Assembly (NCBI GenBank): GCA_050273025.1
Contig: CP158635.1
Span: forward strand, 1,612,001-1,676,000
Direction of reading: 5' to 3'
Source: Cenococcum geophilum
Taxonomy: Eukaryota
Length of the DNA: 64,000 nucleotides
The stretch's first letter is position 1, and every line of letters starts with the position of its first letter. Both the position numbers and the translations under genes were made by a program. This document shows positions 40,601 to 53,727 of the stretch, piece after piece. A model generated the notes under the pieces. It worked only from the letters and a program-made list of their open reading frames with translations, did not search any database and was not told the DNA's origin.

Positions 40601-43529
40601 AATATCTAAATCTAGCTGTATTTAGATGGGGATATAGTTTAAGGTAAGTGCCTATTCTTTTTTAGGGTTGCACCTTTTAAGTCTCTAGTATAGGCCTTTG
40701 TCCATAAATATAAAGTCAATTATACTTCTAAAGGTTCCTTATTGCTATATAGTTACTCCTAGGGGGGTGGCTAACTTAAGGCCCTAGGTGTCTATAGCTC
40801 TTAGTAGGCACTCTACCTATTAATTAGCAGCAATATAGATACCCCCCTACTATAGGTAGTAGAGGTTTATATCTCCTAGTAGAATAGACTCTATGCCTTC
40901 GGTTTCTAGCAAACTTATTACTAATATAATATTCTCTGTTTATGGGACCCCTTTAACCTTAGGGTTATATATATTAATAATTTATACCAGTCCCCTATAT
41001 ATCTAGATTATTATAACTATAATATCTAGGTTAACTGCCTGCTATAACCATAAGGATAGGCTAATAGCCTTGCTAATTATAAAGCATATATATATGGCTG
41101 CTTTTAGTTTATATAGGAGCTGGAATCTTTAGGGGCAGTATGTTAATTATATATAGGTATTATAGTACGGCTCTTATATAGTAAGGATATAGTGTTTCTC
41201 TAGGTCTAGACCGTCTAGTAAAGGCCTTACAAGACGGTGGTTTATATTACCGCAGTTATATTATATAATAGATAGGTGGCGGACCCCCGGTAAGGGTCCT
41301 TCGCCTCTTCTTTATTCCTTTCTTTTTCTATTTCTACTTTCTCTAGGATATTTAGAACTTCTGTCTCTTATATCTATACCCTAGTTACTACTTATTTTAT
41401 ATAGAGCTTTCTATTCCCATATCTTATGTTCCTACTAGCGCTTCTATATCTAAATCTGTTATTATTTCCAGTTCCTCCCCTATTCTTACTAGCTAGCTAT
41501 ATACCCTTTATAGGTCGGCTATAAATGTTATATTTACCGCGTTAAATCTAATTCTTAATTATCCTAGTCTTAAGCTTGCTATAGCTGTCTATAGGGGTCT
41601 TCCTATAGGGCGTCCCCTCCCTTATGTCCCCTATAACCCTTATATCCCTATACAGTCTAGTAATATCGCGCGGCGCCGCTTCTAGCCCGTTAAGGCTTAG
41701 GATGGCTAGCCTAGCCCCCTAGTACTAAAGGTAGGAAACGCTAAAAAGGCACCTATGTCCCCCTAGCTTATTACCTATTATTTCCATTTATATAACCTGG
41801 CGTGTAGTTGTTCCCGTAGCTATTAAGCCCTTACCTTCTACCTCTTGTATTTAATATAGTCTTCTCTCTCTTACGCCTTATATATACTTTGGTAGCAGTT
41901 TACGCATTTTATTTAGTCTTAATTTAAGCAGTGTCTTATATTATAGGGGCCTGCATAGTAGCCGCAGCACACCTATACTGCGTATATGGATTAAGTATGT
42001 CCCTATTATACGCAGCAGTAGCATTATTTTAGGCGTAGTCTGTAGTTATAGAGCCTTGCGTTGTATATAAGGCCATTTATAATTATTCCTTTTTAGATAA
42101 GGAGTTTTTACATTCCTAGTGTATATATACTAACGATAAGGGAGCCATGCGTTTAACTAGCGTCTCCCTAGCAAGTCTCTGGCGACCCTTATATCCTCTT
42201 ATTATTCTTATTATTTACTTAGTTTGCATTTTCCTATTAAAGCTATTAGATTTGGGTAATCTTAAGGCCTAGTATAAGGCGTTCTGTATGCTTTACTATC
42301 TCCTATATAGTTGCTGTATTGTCCGCCTAGCGTCCCTTTTCTACCCTAAGGCTTATAGAAACCGCTAGGACTTTAACTAGGTAGTCTTTACAGAGCACTT
42401 TTATGCCAATATATTCTCCTAGCCTATTCCCTGCCCTTACGGCTTATTTCTTTACCTATTAGTCCTTTAGGGTAACTTTAATGTCTCCACTCCTAAGGTA
42501 TCGGACTATAACTACGTTGTAGACCTCTTTATAAATCTTTATAAGGACTTCTATTTCTAATTATCCCCTAAGCCCCTCTACTTTTTCTATATTTAGTTAT
42601 ATTATAATTATATACCCGGTTATTGTCTTAAAGGGGGTAGGTTCCCTATAGTATAGAAGCGCAGCTATAGCGGCCTAGGTGTAGTTCACCGGTAAGGGGA
42701 AGTTTTATTTATTTTTAATTTTGCTTAGCCGTTAGAGAATTTAATTAAGGGTTTACTAGAGGGGCGCCTAAGGTTCGCTAGACTAGCGGAGCCATTCTAC
42801 TAGCTATATTAGTTCGTTATAGCTAATAGTTACTTCCCTATAATTCTAGATACTAGACGCGTCTAGTAGGCTTTATATTTTATTAGATGCCTTCTTAATA
42901 GAGGTATTTCCGCTTTATGGTATGGTATTCGCCCGTCTTTATTATAGAGGGCCGTTGTTAGGCATAAATCTAGCGGTTACGCGCGAGTGCGAGCCACCGT
43001 TAGTTAATATGTGCCTCCCCTACGATGCATATATCTTAGGGGGATTCTCTAGGTGTTTTTCAGGGTTCTTTTTGGTTGGTTTTGGTCTTTTTAGGCCGGG
43101 TGCAGTAAGAGCTCCTCTATAACTGGAATATTATTAAGATATCTAGGAACTTTAACTAGCGGTTAAAGTTATCTAATTAGTTGGATTCTTAGATGCCAAG
43201 CCCTATTACATAATATTATTTTAAGCCTTTAGTAATACCCCCCTTTTTCTTCTTTTCTATACCTTAAGTGTCTCCTTTATATATATATAATAACCATAGC
43301 GTTACCGGAGCTCCGCCTCTATAAGAGGGGGGGTAATATTATAAAACCCTACCGCAGGGGCCTCTATAGGAGAGCCCTGTGCTCTTATATACACCTCGCG
43401 TATAGCTTATATTAGCTACGCGTAGGTATATCACCTCCTTACGCCCTTAACCCTTACGATCAATCGCGCAACGTCTTGTAGACTCCTTAAATACGTACGC
43501 TTTGTAGCCACTGCCCCTGTCCCGTGATA
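31603..43529 (+). mobile_element. Gypsy chromovirus D, full length, with a LINE in its 3' UTR
   Basis: 193-bp LTRs (31603-31795, 43337-43529), exact TSD gtata (31598-31602, 43530-43534), gag zinc knuckle (~33322-33375), RT AYLDDILIY (~34885-34911), RH, IN, chromodomain (~37250-37420), PPT at 43323-43333. Confidence 0.94.
37570..43117 (-). mobile_element. Tad1-like LINE, copy 2, ~5.55 kb, apparently full length (ORF1 and ORF2), RIPed
   Basis: TSD tataaccggaatat(tatta)/tataactggaatat(tatta) at 37556 and 43118. ORF1 has three CCHC-type knuckles (~41875-42025). ORF2 starts near IIQYNCGN (~41270). Same (aat)n tail as copy 1. Confidence 0.93.
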
Positions 43530-44049
43530 GTATAATAAACGAAAACGCTAATATATATATCTTATAAAATAGAACGGTTTTATTAAGCCCTTATAGGAAC
43601 CTATTAACTTTATAGGACTTATATAAGCTATAAAAGACTTTTATAAACTCTATTTAAAACTACTATAGCCTTATCTTACAGAAGCTTAAGTTTAAAGGAG
43701 GATACTATTCTAGGACACCCCTATAATACCTTATATACATTTACCTATTTTTATTAACTTAGTAACTAAAGACTAACTATAAAACAGCAATCTAATAGCA
43801 ATCTGCTATATTCTGCTATATTCTACTAAGTTTTACTAAATCCTATTAAGTTCTGCTAGAACTACTACCTAAGTCCTATTCTACTCCATATACATATTAT
43901 CTAAGTAACTAAGTCTATAATATATACTCTTTCTTCCTCTTTCCTACCTTCTTTTATTATATAACGTTTTAATCTTATTATATAGTTTATATACATAGCT
44001 TAATAATATCTACTTTGCTATATATTATCGTTGCTTATACTCTATAACA
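43530..44049 (+). mobile_element. Gypsy E segment 3 (chromodomain end, PPT, probable 3' LTR 43706-44049)
   Basis: YLVKWNG...WEP motif continues from 31602. PPT aaaggagga at ~43694. Ends tataaca where F-family sequence begins. Confidence 0.75.
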
Positions 44050-46629
44050 ATAAGGAAGTAATAGTTAGATAGCTTATATATATTTCCTTTCTTTTAACTT
44101 GCGCTATTATAATAGAGTTATATTAGTAAGGTTACGGCTATATACTAGAAGGGTATAAAAAGGTAAAGTATAAAGATACCTTGCTTATTAAGCTTAATCC
44201 TTTTTCTTAATGTCTTATTTCCCATTATTAACCTTTTTCTAATTTTAGACTTTTACTAAATATATTTATTAAGATTTTCTTCTTTTTTAATATTATTTTA
44301 ATACACCCCTTTATTCTCCTACTAACTACTCTTTTAAGCTAATTCCTTAGCGTATTTTAGCCCTACTATTATATATAAAACCTCTAATCTCCACTAACCT
44401 ATAATTAATACTAGTCCGACCTAAATAGCTTTGCCTATACGTCCTTAAAAGATCTAAAGTCTAATAATATAATCTTAGAGGCTTATAATAAGATTTACTA
44501 TATAAGGTCTAATACATTTAGTCCTTATAATTAGTATATATATACTAAGAGCGGTAGTTACGTTAAGGCAAGCTTTCCTATCTTTTAAACAGTTATCTAT
44601 TACTAACTTTAAGCTTTAATAGCCTAGGCCTAAGTAGTAATATTTCTTTAATGTTTTAGACTACTATATTGCTTAGGCTCTCTCTTATTTTAGTATAAAT
44701 AATAAATATCTAGGTTAAATTTAGGATTATATTATAGCTATCTATACTACCTATAACTCTTAATAAGCTAGCTAGTAATACCTAATATAAAAGTAAAGTT
44801 AGTATACTAAGAATAGGGTAAAGGATAGGGGTAATAAGAAGAAGATTGCCGTATACTATAGAAAGGAGTTTATATATACGCGTTAAGTTTCTAAAGAGTA
44901 TAATATAATATATTATTAGGTAGGTTACCCTTTAGGTACCTAGCGGATAGGTAGCTAATAATTACTATAGTAAGGTCTTAGTAGTTCTGGACTATGCTAA
45001 CCAGCTAATATCTCTATTTATTCTAGGCTTAAACGCGTCTTTATTAACTATTAGCTTATATTCTAAGAGCTTTATTAGTATTAGTTTAGACCTAATATTA
45101 GTATTAAGCGTTTAAGAGTCTCTACTCTTACTATACCTTATTATCCTACCCCTATTTTTATACCTACTTATACTCCTATAAAGGGATTTTATTCCTATTA
45201 GCTATTGCTTAGCAGGCCAATAGATACTAATCCTACTCCTAAAAGTAATGTATAGTGGCTTTTCATATTAGGCATTTATAGTTTAGACTTATAGAGTTTA
45301 GAATTAGTTCTCTTATATAGTAGCAATTAAGGACCTTAATTAAGTACTTAAAAAGGCCTTATAAGGCTTTTAAAAAGGGCTTAGAAGCCTATAGGAATAA
45401 TATTCCTAGTATAGATTAATTAATAGAAATGCAATTCTAGCAAAACGCCCTATTAATTCTATACTATATATATAAAAAGACTAAGGATCTATCTTACCCT
45501 AGGCCGTTGCCCTAATTCTTATAGTTTTTAAAGCCTATTTATTCTATATCCAATTAATCTATTTACTCTTTAAGGCCTCTTACGGCTTACTATAAGCTTT
45601 TTTTACAGGTTGCGATAATGCTATAGTATTAACGCGCTTTCTGCGATTTATAGATTATAGACCTTAGTTATGATGTTCTTTTAAAATATCATTATAATAA
45701 TTAAGATGATCCTCTAGTTTCTATATAGAGTCCTTAGCGGGCTAGCCTAGCTATTTAACTTTATATTAAAGCTTATTCTTAATAAACTTATAATATAGTA
45801 TAGCTTTAACCTTATACCGCTTACCTACTACTTTAGGATATCTAATTAGGCCTAGATAGAGGCTCTTTTCTAGTAGTAGTCTATATTATAGCTTTAGTAA
45901 ATTTATATAAAATACTAGATATATACGGGCTATAAATAGAGGTAGTTAAAGATAGTAGGCTAGCTTACTAATTCGTTTCTTGATTTAAAAGGGACCTAGG
46001 TATCTTATATTAAACTTCTTTAATAGCTAATAGGTTTTAATATTTGTAAAATATAATAAAACCTTATCGCCTAATCTAAAATACTTATTTTAGTATTTGC
46101 GATTATACTAAAGTCTCTATTACTCTTACATATCTTATAGGCTCTACTTTATATACTTCTATTACTCCTATTTTTAAGGTACCTTTATACTCTTTAGTAA
46201 ATATTCTTAAACTTTTTAGCAGGATTCTGTAATTAATTATACGGCCTTAACTAGTAACTATTAGGTATACTATTAAACCTAAATAGTTAGACACTATAGG
46301 TAATCTGGATTAGTATATACTAATGCAATAAATATTACTTTAAGTTATAAGCGTATTCCGTATATAAAAGTAGGTTATACTAATTATCTTACTAGTAGTT
46401 TAAATATATTTATAGGTAAGACTCTAGTTCCTAGTTCTAACATTTTATTTACCCATCTGTTTATAAATAGAAAGCTATACTATAATAATAGTCTATCTTT
46501 AAATAGAACTATAGGTCTAACTAGTACTAGCCTATAAAGATACTGTTCCTATTAGTAATAATAAAGTGCGACTAGTCTACTTTATAAAGTATTTCTTCTT
46601 AATTAGGTTAGCGAGCGCTTATATATTAA
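44050..46629 (-). mobile_element. Gypsy family F, copy F1 (long 3' region, chromodomain, integrase C-terminus)
   Basis: Minus-strand GPF...LAY.LQLP...IHPVFHV.LL (~45895-46000) and KV.WLG.P..DS.WEPE.HL (~45705-45775). Collinear with 56385-57001 plus 62491-64000. Confidence 0.85.
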
Positions 46630-46840
46630 TGTCGGAATGTTAGTTATATGACGTGGTTACAAGACCACGAAGTAAGACTAGCTAATCTGACCTTGGAGCA
46701 AACCCCTATTTCTAGACATCAATTAACTACCAACTTCAACACCGCATACGTACCACTATAAGTGATATTCGTGCACGTTAATAAAGCGAGTATACCGACA
46801 CTAATCAGTAGACGTATAGATCAGGAAATACGCAATAGCA

Positions 46841-47130
46841 AAGCTTGAAACCACGCATTAGCTTAACTACTAACGCGTTAAATCGCAGAGCTATCGCCCT
46901 ATTTTAGTTAAAGGAGAAAACTACGTTACCCTCAAAGCTCGAGACTACGTATTAGCTTACTAATGCGTTAAATCGCCTAGAGAATTGTACCTTTACTTAG
47001 AGAGAGCTACGTTACCCTTAAAGCTTAAAACCACGCATTAGCTTAACTGTTAACGCGTTAGATCGCCTAGAGGACCCTTAAAGCTTAAAACCACGTATTA
47101 ACTTAACTGTTAACGCGTCAGATCGCCTAA
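46841..47130 (+). repeat. Four ~46-bp imperfect direct repeats in the 5' UTR of C
   Basis: aagcttgaaaccacgcattagcttaactactaacgcgttaaatcgc-like units at ~46841, 46935, 47021 and 47081. Confidence 0.85.
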
Positions 47131-50100
47131 AGGACCATATCTTTGCTAAGAATCGTCTACAGTTTCTAAGAACTATAGATTCGTCGATAGGACACGTATA
47201 CACCTTTACATCCTCACTTTAAACCTTAACTTCTTTAAACCGACGACTACCCTTATACCTACCCTTACACCTACCCTTATACACAAAGACACGACAATAT
47301 GGAAATTAACTAGAAGGAAAGAATTACTAAATACAGCTATGGAATCGACTTGGAGACGGCTATAAATAACAACCTAATAGAGTATATAGAGACTAAGATA
47401 CACCTATATACACAATCCAACCTTACAGACTTTGCACTGTAGATAGTATTTTAGGAAGACTTTAAGAACTTTACGCCAGAGACCTTTAAACGAGTATAAT
47501 CCAATACTAGAATGGGAATCCGTTAATACCTAGTTAAGAAAGGAGTATATATTGCTAAGCAAGATAAGAGATACTCCCTTAGCAAGGTGCTAACGGACGT
47601 CGCTAATAAAGAAGAGTTTTATAAATAGACGGATAAGGAGCTTATCGCGGCCCTTATAGAGGTAAAACTAATAATTATAATAACTCTGCAAGACTAACTT
47701 AATTCGACCTTAGACAAGCTTATTACACCTCCAGCCCTACTACTAGCTACTCTACTAACTCCACTAGCTATCCTAGCTACCGTACTACTAGCTACTCCAG
47801 TTACTACACCGCCAGCTACTCTAATTACTACCCCTACTACCCCTACTACCCCTTCCGGTCCTTAATCCTCTAACTACAACTAAATCCACACTCTTATTAA
47901 CCAACTGCTATAGCTAAGAGAGTAGTAGCCGCAGCAGCTACAAATATATACACTACCTAAACTAGCCATACCTAGTACGGAGCAAGGACCTAGATACAGC
48001 AAGGAGGTGGCTATAATTGCGAAGATCTATACAGACGACTAAAAGTACAATAGAGTTAATAACAGCTTTAACTTTAAGCTGACCATCTTCTACAACATCT
48101 ATAAGAGATCTGGCTTACCACTAGAAGGCTACGTAGTGGTATTCCCTAGCATGCTAAAAGGGCTTGCTTAGGACCACTACTATAATAGCAACCTTAAGTT
48201 AAGACCTTTTACGGAAGCCTGCAACTATATACAACAGTTCTTTAAAGGGCTAAAATACTACTACAAGAACCTTATAAAGTAGAATAGCATAACCCTCCAA
48301 GGAGTTATAGACGAGAACCCTAATAAGTTAATTTATTAGAACTTCTAACTACTTGTAAATAAACTGCTAAAGTAATGTTATGGACTATACCCAGACTTTT
48401 ATACAAACCGCATTCTTATAAATAAGTTGGTCACTACTTACTAGGGAGTGCCAGCATGCCATATTGCTGTCTCTAACCCCTTAAAAGACCTCTCTTAGTT
48501 AATTAGTAAGCTACAATCCTCCATTATTGCGTAGGAAAAAGAATACCCCCTATAGGCCTCAATGAGATCGTCTTACTAAACCTTTTTTACGGATTGACGT
48601 TACTATTGAAATAACCAAAATCGAGACCAAAACACCAATTACTACGGCAGTAATCGCCCCTATAGAACTAACGGCGGACTAAAGGCTAAGTGCTACGTCT
48701 GTAAGAAGGAGGACTACCATTTATAGAAACATATAGAGGAGGAGCGTAATTAATCCAGAGACAACTATAAGAGACATTTTATTAATATTAAGGGCCGTAA
48801 TAAGGGCAACTTTAACAACTACTTTAAATAATACGTCGCCGCCTGCGAAAGAGATAAAGAGGATGACTTAGACTTTAAAGCCTATATATAAGACGCTAAC
48901 GACTCTAGAAGTAATGCCGGAGAACCTAACAATAGTTCTGCCTATATCACTACCTTTAGAACACTTACTATAGAGGAAGTAACCTCTATAAGCGTAGAGC
49001 TAGCTAATAAGGCTTATATACACCTACTTACGGCTTTAGAACTTACCACGGAGTCTACCACAAAACCTTACACAGAGACTAACCCATTCGCCTATAATAC
49101 AACCACAACCATAGCGTTACGATACACCTTAACGGTCTTTATAGGAATTATAATCGATACAGGTGCTTCGCGTAAGTCTATAGCTGGCTACGGCCAATTC
49201 CAAGCCCTATAGGCCGTAGACAAGTCTATAAGTCTTAATATGTTAACTAAGGGCCAAGTAACTATCTAATTTAAGATTAGAGCCTCTACGTCTATTAGAA
49301 CTATAGACGTTAACAGCCCTATAGGCAAGGTATAATTCCATATTATTAAAGCAGATACTCCTTTCCTACTTTGCTTAGCAGATATAGATAGACTCTATAT
49401 TAAATACGATAACCTAAAGGACGTTATTATCACTCGCACTAAAAAGGTGCCAGTAGTTAGATAATTTGGCCACCCGTTTCTTATATAGAGCTTCTCTTTA
49501 CAGTCTTATTTAGTTAAGTTCTTTAACGCGAACCCTTACTACTTAACTAACATAGAGCTACGACGTCTATACCGTCGATTTAGTTACCCATTAGTTAATA
49601 AACTATAAAAGCTTCTTAATAAGACTGGCCACGGCTATAATACTAATAGATCTACTATTAAAGAGCTAACTAGACTCTACTACTACTGCTAGAAGTTTAA
49701 TAGATCTCCAAGTAGATTTCGCTTTACCTTACGAGACGATATTAATTTTAACTATAATATCATCGTCGATATTATGTATATTAGCGGCTCCCCCCTATTA
49801 TACGTAGTTAATAAAGTAACTTGATTTTAAACTAATAGATAGCTATAAGATATCAGCGCTAAGCATACTTAGGACATTCTACAAATGTGCTAGATTAATA
49901 GCTATTTAGGACTACTAGACTTAATCACCATAGACGCTAGGAAGAACTTTATTAGTAAGGAGTTTAAGCACTACGCTGCTACTATAGGAGTAACTACAAA
50001 GTTAGTTCTAGTCGAATTACACAATTCCATTAGAATGGTAGAGCGCTACTATAGTCCGCTACAACGAGCCTACTAAATCATTACATCTAAAATCCCTGAA

Positions 50101-50601
50101 ATTAGCAAGGAGATAGCCCTATAAATGGCTTTCAAAGCTATTAATAACACGGCTGGCCTAGAAGGCCTAGTCCCTATACTCCTAGTCTTCGGAGCCTACC
50201 CCTAAATGGTCGAATCGGACGCACCATTACCTTTAGTCGCACAGCGAGCTGCGGCTATTAAGAAAGCAATGGTAGAAATCTAGAAGCTTTAAGCTAAACA
50301 ACAGATCGCTGACGCTCTTAATACGCGAAATGGACAATGAACTAACGCTATTCACGGCCTCCTACCTAGTTCGCCTGTCTTAGTCTAGAGAGAAGGCAAT
50401 ACTAGCTAAAGCGGTTATTGGGACGAGCCATATATGCTACTTGCCGTTAACGGTAAGACCTATACCGTAAAGCTACCAAATGGGCCTACGACCTTCCGCT
50501 TTACGGTTGTAAAACCTTACCTACTAGACCTATAAGACTTAGTTGAACTACGAGAGTCTATTAAATTAGCTAAACCAGTACCTACACCAGCTAAACCTCA
50601 A

Positions 50602-50997
50602 TTGTTACCTAAAGCTAAACCACAGCTACCGCCAAAGCGAGGCAGAGGTCGCCCCCGCAAATACCTATTACTTACGGCTGTCGTAGACACGGCTGTTACG
50701 GACGCTACGATAGACATAGATGCCCTTACGGGTAATATTGTAGACATAGCCGACATCGCTATCTACTTGCAGGATAACGATACCGCAGATATAGCTAACA
50801 CTACTATTTACTTACAGAACAATGGCAACACCCAATTCAGCGCTTTACGGCAAAAGGAGGTCATAGGCCTACTTAAGAAAGGCGTCTTTAAGATTATTAA
50901 GCTATACAATATGCTAAAGGGGGTTAGACTCTTTAATTTACGGTTTATCAACGAGATTAAGAATAAGGGAACTAATAAAGCCTTTAAGAAATTATAA
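50602..50997 (+). pseudogene. Stop-free remnant of Copia C pol (IN-RT linker with AT-hook, RT start)
   Basis: ORF track 131 aa with KRGRGRPRK, then RQKEVIGLLKKGVF...FINEIKNKGT; lies within the pol frame. Confidence 0.85.
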
Positions 50998-52957
50998 CTT
51001 GTCGTATAGGCCTATAACGATTTGGAGAAAGAGCTAATCCTTACTTAGTCACCAACAATTTAACAAGTTAGCCAGCGGCTGATTCTCTATATCGCTACTA
51101 CGCTACCATAGATATAACTCTACCTCCGAGACATCTTATAAGCCTATATCTAGTCTACTATAAACCTAAACCGCGAGTTCTATATATAACCACTATACGA
51201 GCTAAATAAACAATTGGGAATTAATAAGGACTCCGTTCTAAAGGTTATAAAGCCACTTTATAAAGTACCTAAAGCTAGAAACCACTAGTTTAAGACCTAC
51301 TATTTACATTATATTAATTAGCTGCGAATGGACCAGTCTATATACAACCCTTGCTTACTTTACAGCAATAAACCTTTTAGCATCGTCGGCTTATAGATTA
51401 ATAATACACTATTCCTTATAAATAATACCTTTATAGAGGCTAAATAAAGCGAACTATATAAGGCTAAATTTATAACTAAGGAGCGAGAGTAACTAACTAC
51501 TAATATACTAGTTAAGTTTAATGGAGGACTTATTTAATTAGTATAAGATAAAAGTATTACGCTAACATAAAAGCGCTAGTGTAAGAACCTTAGTATGGTT
51601 AACACTACGCTAGTAGATAGTACTAGCTCCAGAGGAATTACGCGCGGCCTACTTACGCTAAAGGACTAGTATATCGCTTAACGCGCTAGAGGAGCCTATA
51701 TTGCCTTAGTCTGTTAACTAGAGGCTTTATTTAACTTATCCTTTACTACCCAGGTAACTAATCCTAAAGAGGTAGACGCGAAGGAGTTAAATAAGCGCCT
51801 AAGTTAGCAGATTTAGAACTTATATAGAGGTCTTAAGTTTATTAAATTAGAGGCTAAGACCCTATAGCTCTTAGTCTTTACGGACGCTTCTTTTACTAAT
51901 AATAAGGACCTCTCTTCGCAAATTAGCTATATTATTATACTAGCTGACGTAACTAAGAAGGCTAACGTTATCTATTAGAGCTTAATTAAATGTAAAAGAG
52001 TTACTAGAAGCGTTCTGGCTTCTAAACTCTACGGAATAGCTTATAGCTTTAATATCGCCGTTGCTATTAAGTCTACGGTAGATAAGGTCCTACAGATTAA
52101 CCTCCTGCTTATGCTTTGCACTAATTCTAAGTCGCTATATAACTGTCTTATACAACTTAGAACCACATAAGAGAAGCGATTAATAATTAATGTAATATGC
52201 CTGCGATAAGCCTATGAACGTCAGCAGATTATAGAGGTTAAATGGATTAATAGTGAAGCTAACCCTATGGACGCGATGACTAAGGGGAAGCCTTACGTCG
52301 CCCTATAGTAACTTATTGACACGAACTAGGTCGATATATAGGCTATAGGTTAGGTGGAGCGTAAGGAGCAATAGAAGGTGGTTTTCGGGTTGTGACGGTA
52401 CTAGGGTATACCACCCGCCATATTCTGCGGACCCTAAATTTAACTAGCTAATTAGGATTTTCTATCCCTAGGATAGAAAATCGCTATTGGCTCGCTTACC
52501 ACTAGCGCCTTAGCGGCCCTCACGATATATTAACCTGCTACCCCTAACAATCCTTCTCCTTTTTTTTTTTAGCTTAGTGTCCCCGTAATACAGCATTCTA
52601 TAAGCTTCTGTTTAGAGGTATTAGTATAAGCCGTAATACTAGTTGTATAATTACGGACCTATAAGAGGAGCGTAGAAACTATTGCGTATTAATTAGATCT
52701 TTAGCTATTATATATATACTATAAATAGTTTAGAAACAGACTTGGCTTTAGAGTATAGATTAGCCTTCTTCTTAGAGTTGCTCTAGTGTCGGAATGTTAG
52801 TTATATAACGTGGTTACAAGACCACAAAGCGAGACTAGCTAATCTAACCTTAGAGCAAACCCCTATTTCTAGACATTAATTAACTACCAACTTTAACACC
52901 GCATACGTACTACTATAAGTGATATTCGTGCACGTTAATAAAGCGAGTATACCGACA

Positions 52958-53483
52958 ATTAATTGTCTTATTAATAAAAAGGTATTAAACGTATTTTAAA
53001 CCCTTATTAATAAGTATAAGGACTAAATTATATATTTATCCTTACCTATCTTTAAATAATAGAAATATAAGGGATGTTATTGCAGTTACCTTAGGTTGTC
53101 CTTAAAACGACCCCTACGCGCCCCTTAAATAGTCGCTAGTTATATACTAAAGGCATATGCCTATAGTATATAATCTCTACAATCCTAAAGGCTATACCTC
53201 CTTAAGGATTCGTCTCTCTTACTAATCTATCCTATTCTATAATTATGTCCTTATAGCCCCCTACCTGTTACAGTACGTGCGGACTGTCAAGGTACGATAT
53301 ACGAGGTAACTGTATATGATTGACAAACGATGTCGTGTGAGGATCTATGTAGGAGGTAAGGTGGTATATATACTCGTCGCTTAGGGGTCAGGTCCGTGCT
53401 CATGTATATGCGTACGCTCAGCCGAGCCACGATAACGCGTAAGGTCAGTGCCGTGACACTGCTTATAAAATCCCCTTATATTT
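52958..53483 (-). mobile_element. Gypsy F1 continuation (integrase core N-terminal side), interrupted by a solo LTR
   Basis: Joined across the attaa TSD it reads DSVLVLVD...KTIDA..LADLI...IITDR. The right boundary is uncertain. Confidence 0.7.
53266..53458 (-). mobile_element. Solo LTR of a family with no full copy in the window
   Basis: 193 bp, termini tgttacagtac...gtgccgtgaca (imperfect 11-bp inverted), TSD ctacc/ctgct (two transitions). Strand inferred from a TATA-like motif. Confidence 0.75.
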
Positions 53484-53727
53484 AAATTCTTTCTGCTCTA
53501 TTTAAAAGGGCAGCTAGCTTAAGGACCAGATTATTTATTTATATCTTTTATTTACATCTACTATTTTTTCCTTAAAAATCTCGCGATATTCTAAATAGAA
53601 ACTCTATAAATACCTTATAGAAAGCTGTTACGCTAACGTAAAAAGGTCCCTTTAATAGTAAGAGATTACAATAATATAAACCTCTAGGTAAAGCGGCTAA
53701 ATTAGCTCTAATACCTAGATACGCTAG

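Larger units (their letters stand above)
46630..52957 (+). mobile_element. Copia (GalEa-like) family C, full length 6.3 kb
   Basis: 171-bp LTRs (46630-46800, 52787-52957) tgtcgg...ccgaca, exact TSD attaa. Motifs IDTGAS (~49153), LHRRFGHP (~49567), GIVGLQTDDTL (~51379), VFTDASF.NNKDLSSQI (~51874). Confidence 0.95.

Noticed and set aside
43148..43181. P1 as a Helitron 3' end (hairpin plus CTRR)
   Set aside because: No 5' TC terminus, Rep/helicase remnant or A-T insertion junction is identifiable, and homology continues past the motif.
46841..47130. Spaced direct repeats resembling a CRISPR array
   Set aside because: Imperfect repeats with related, uneven spacers inside a eukaryotic retrotransposon 5' UTR.
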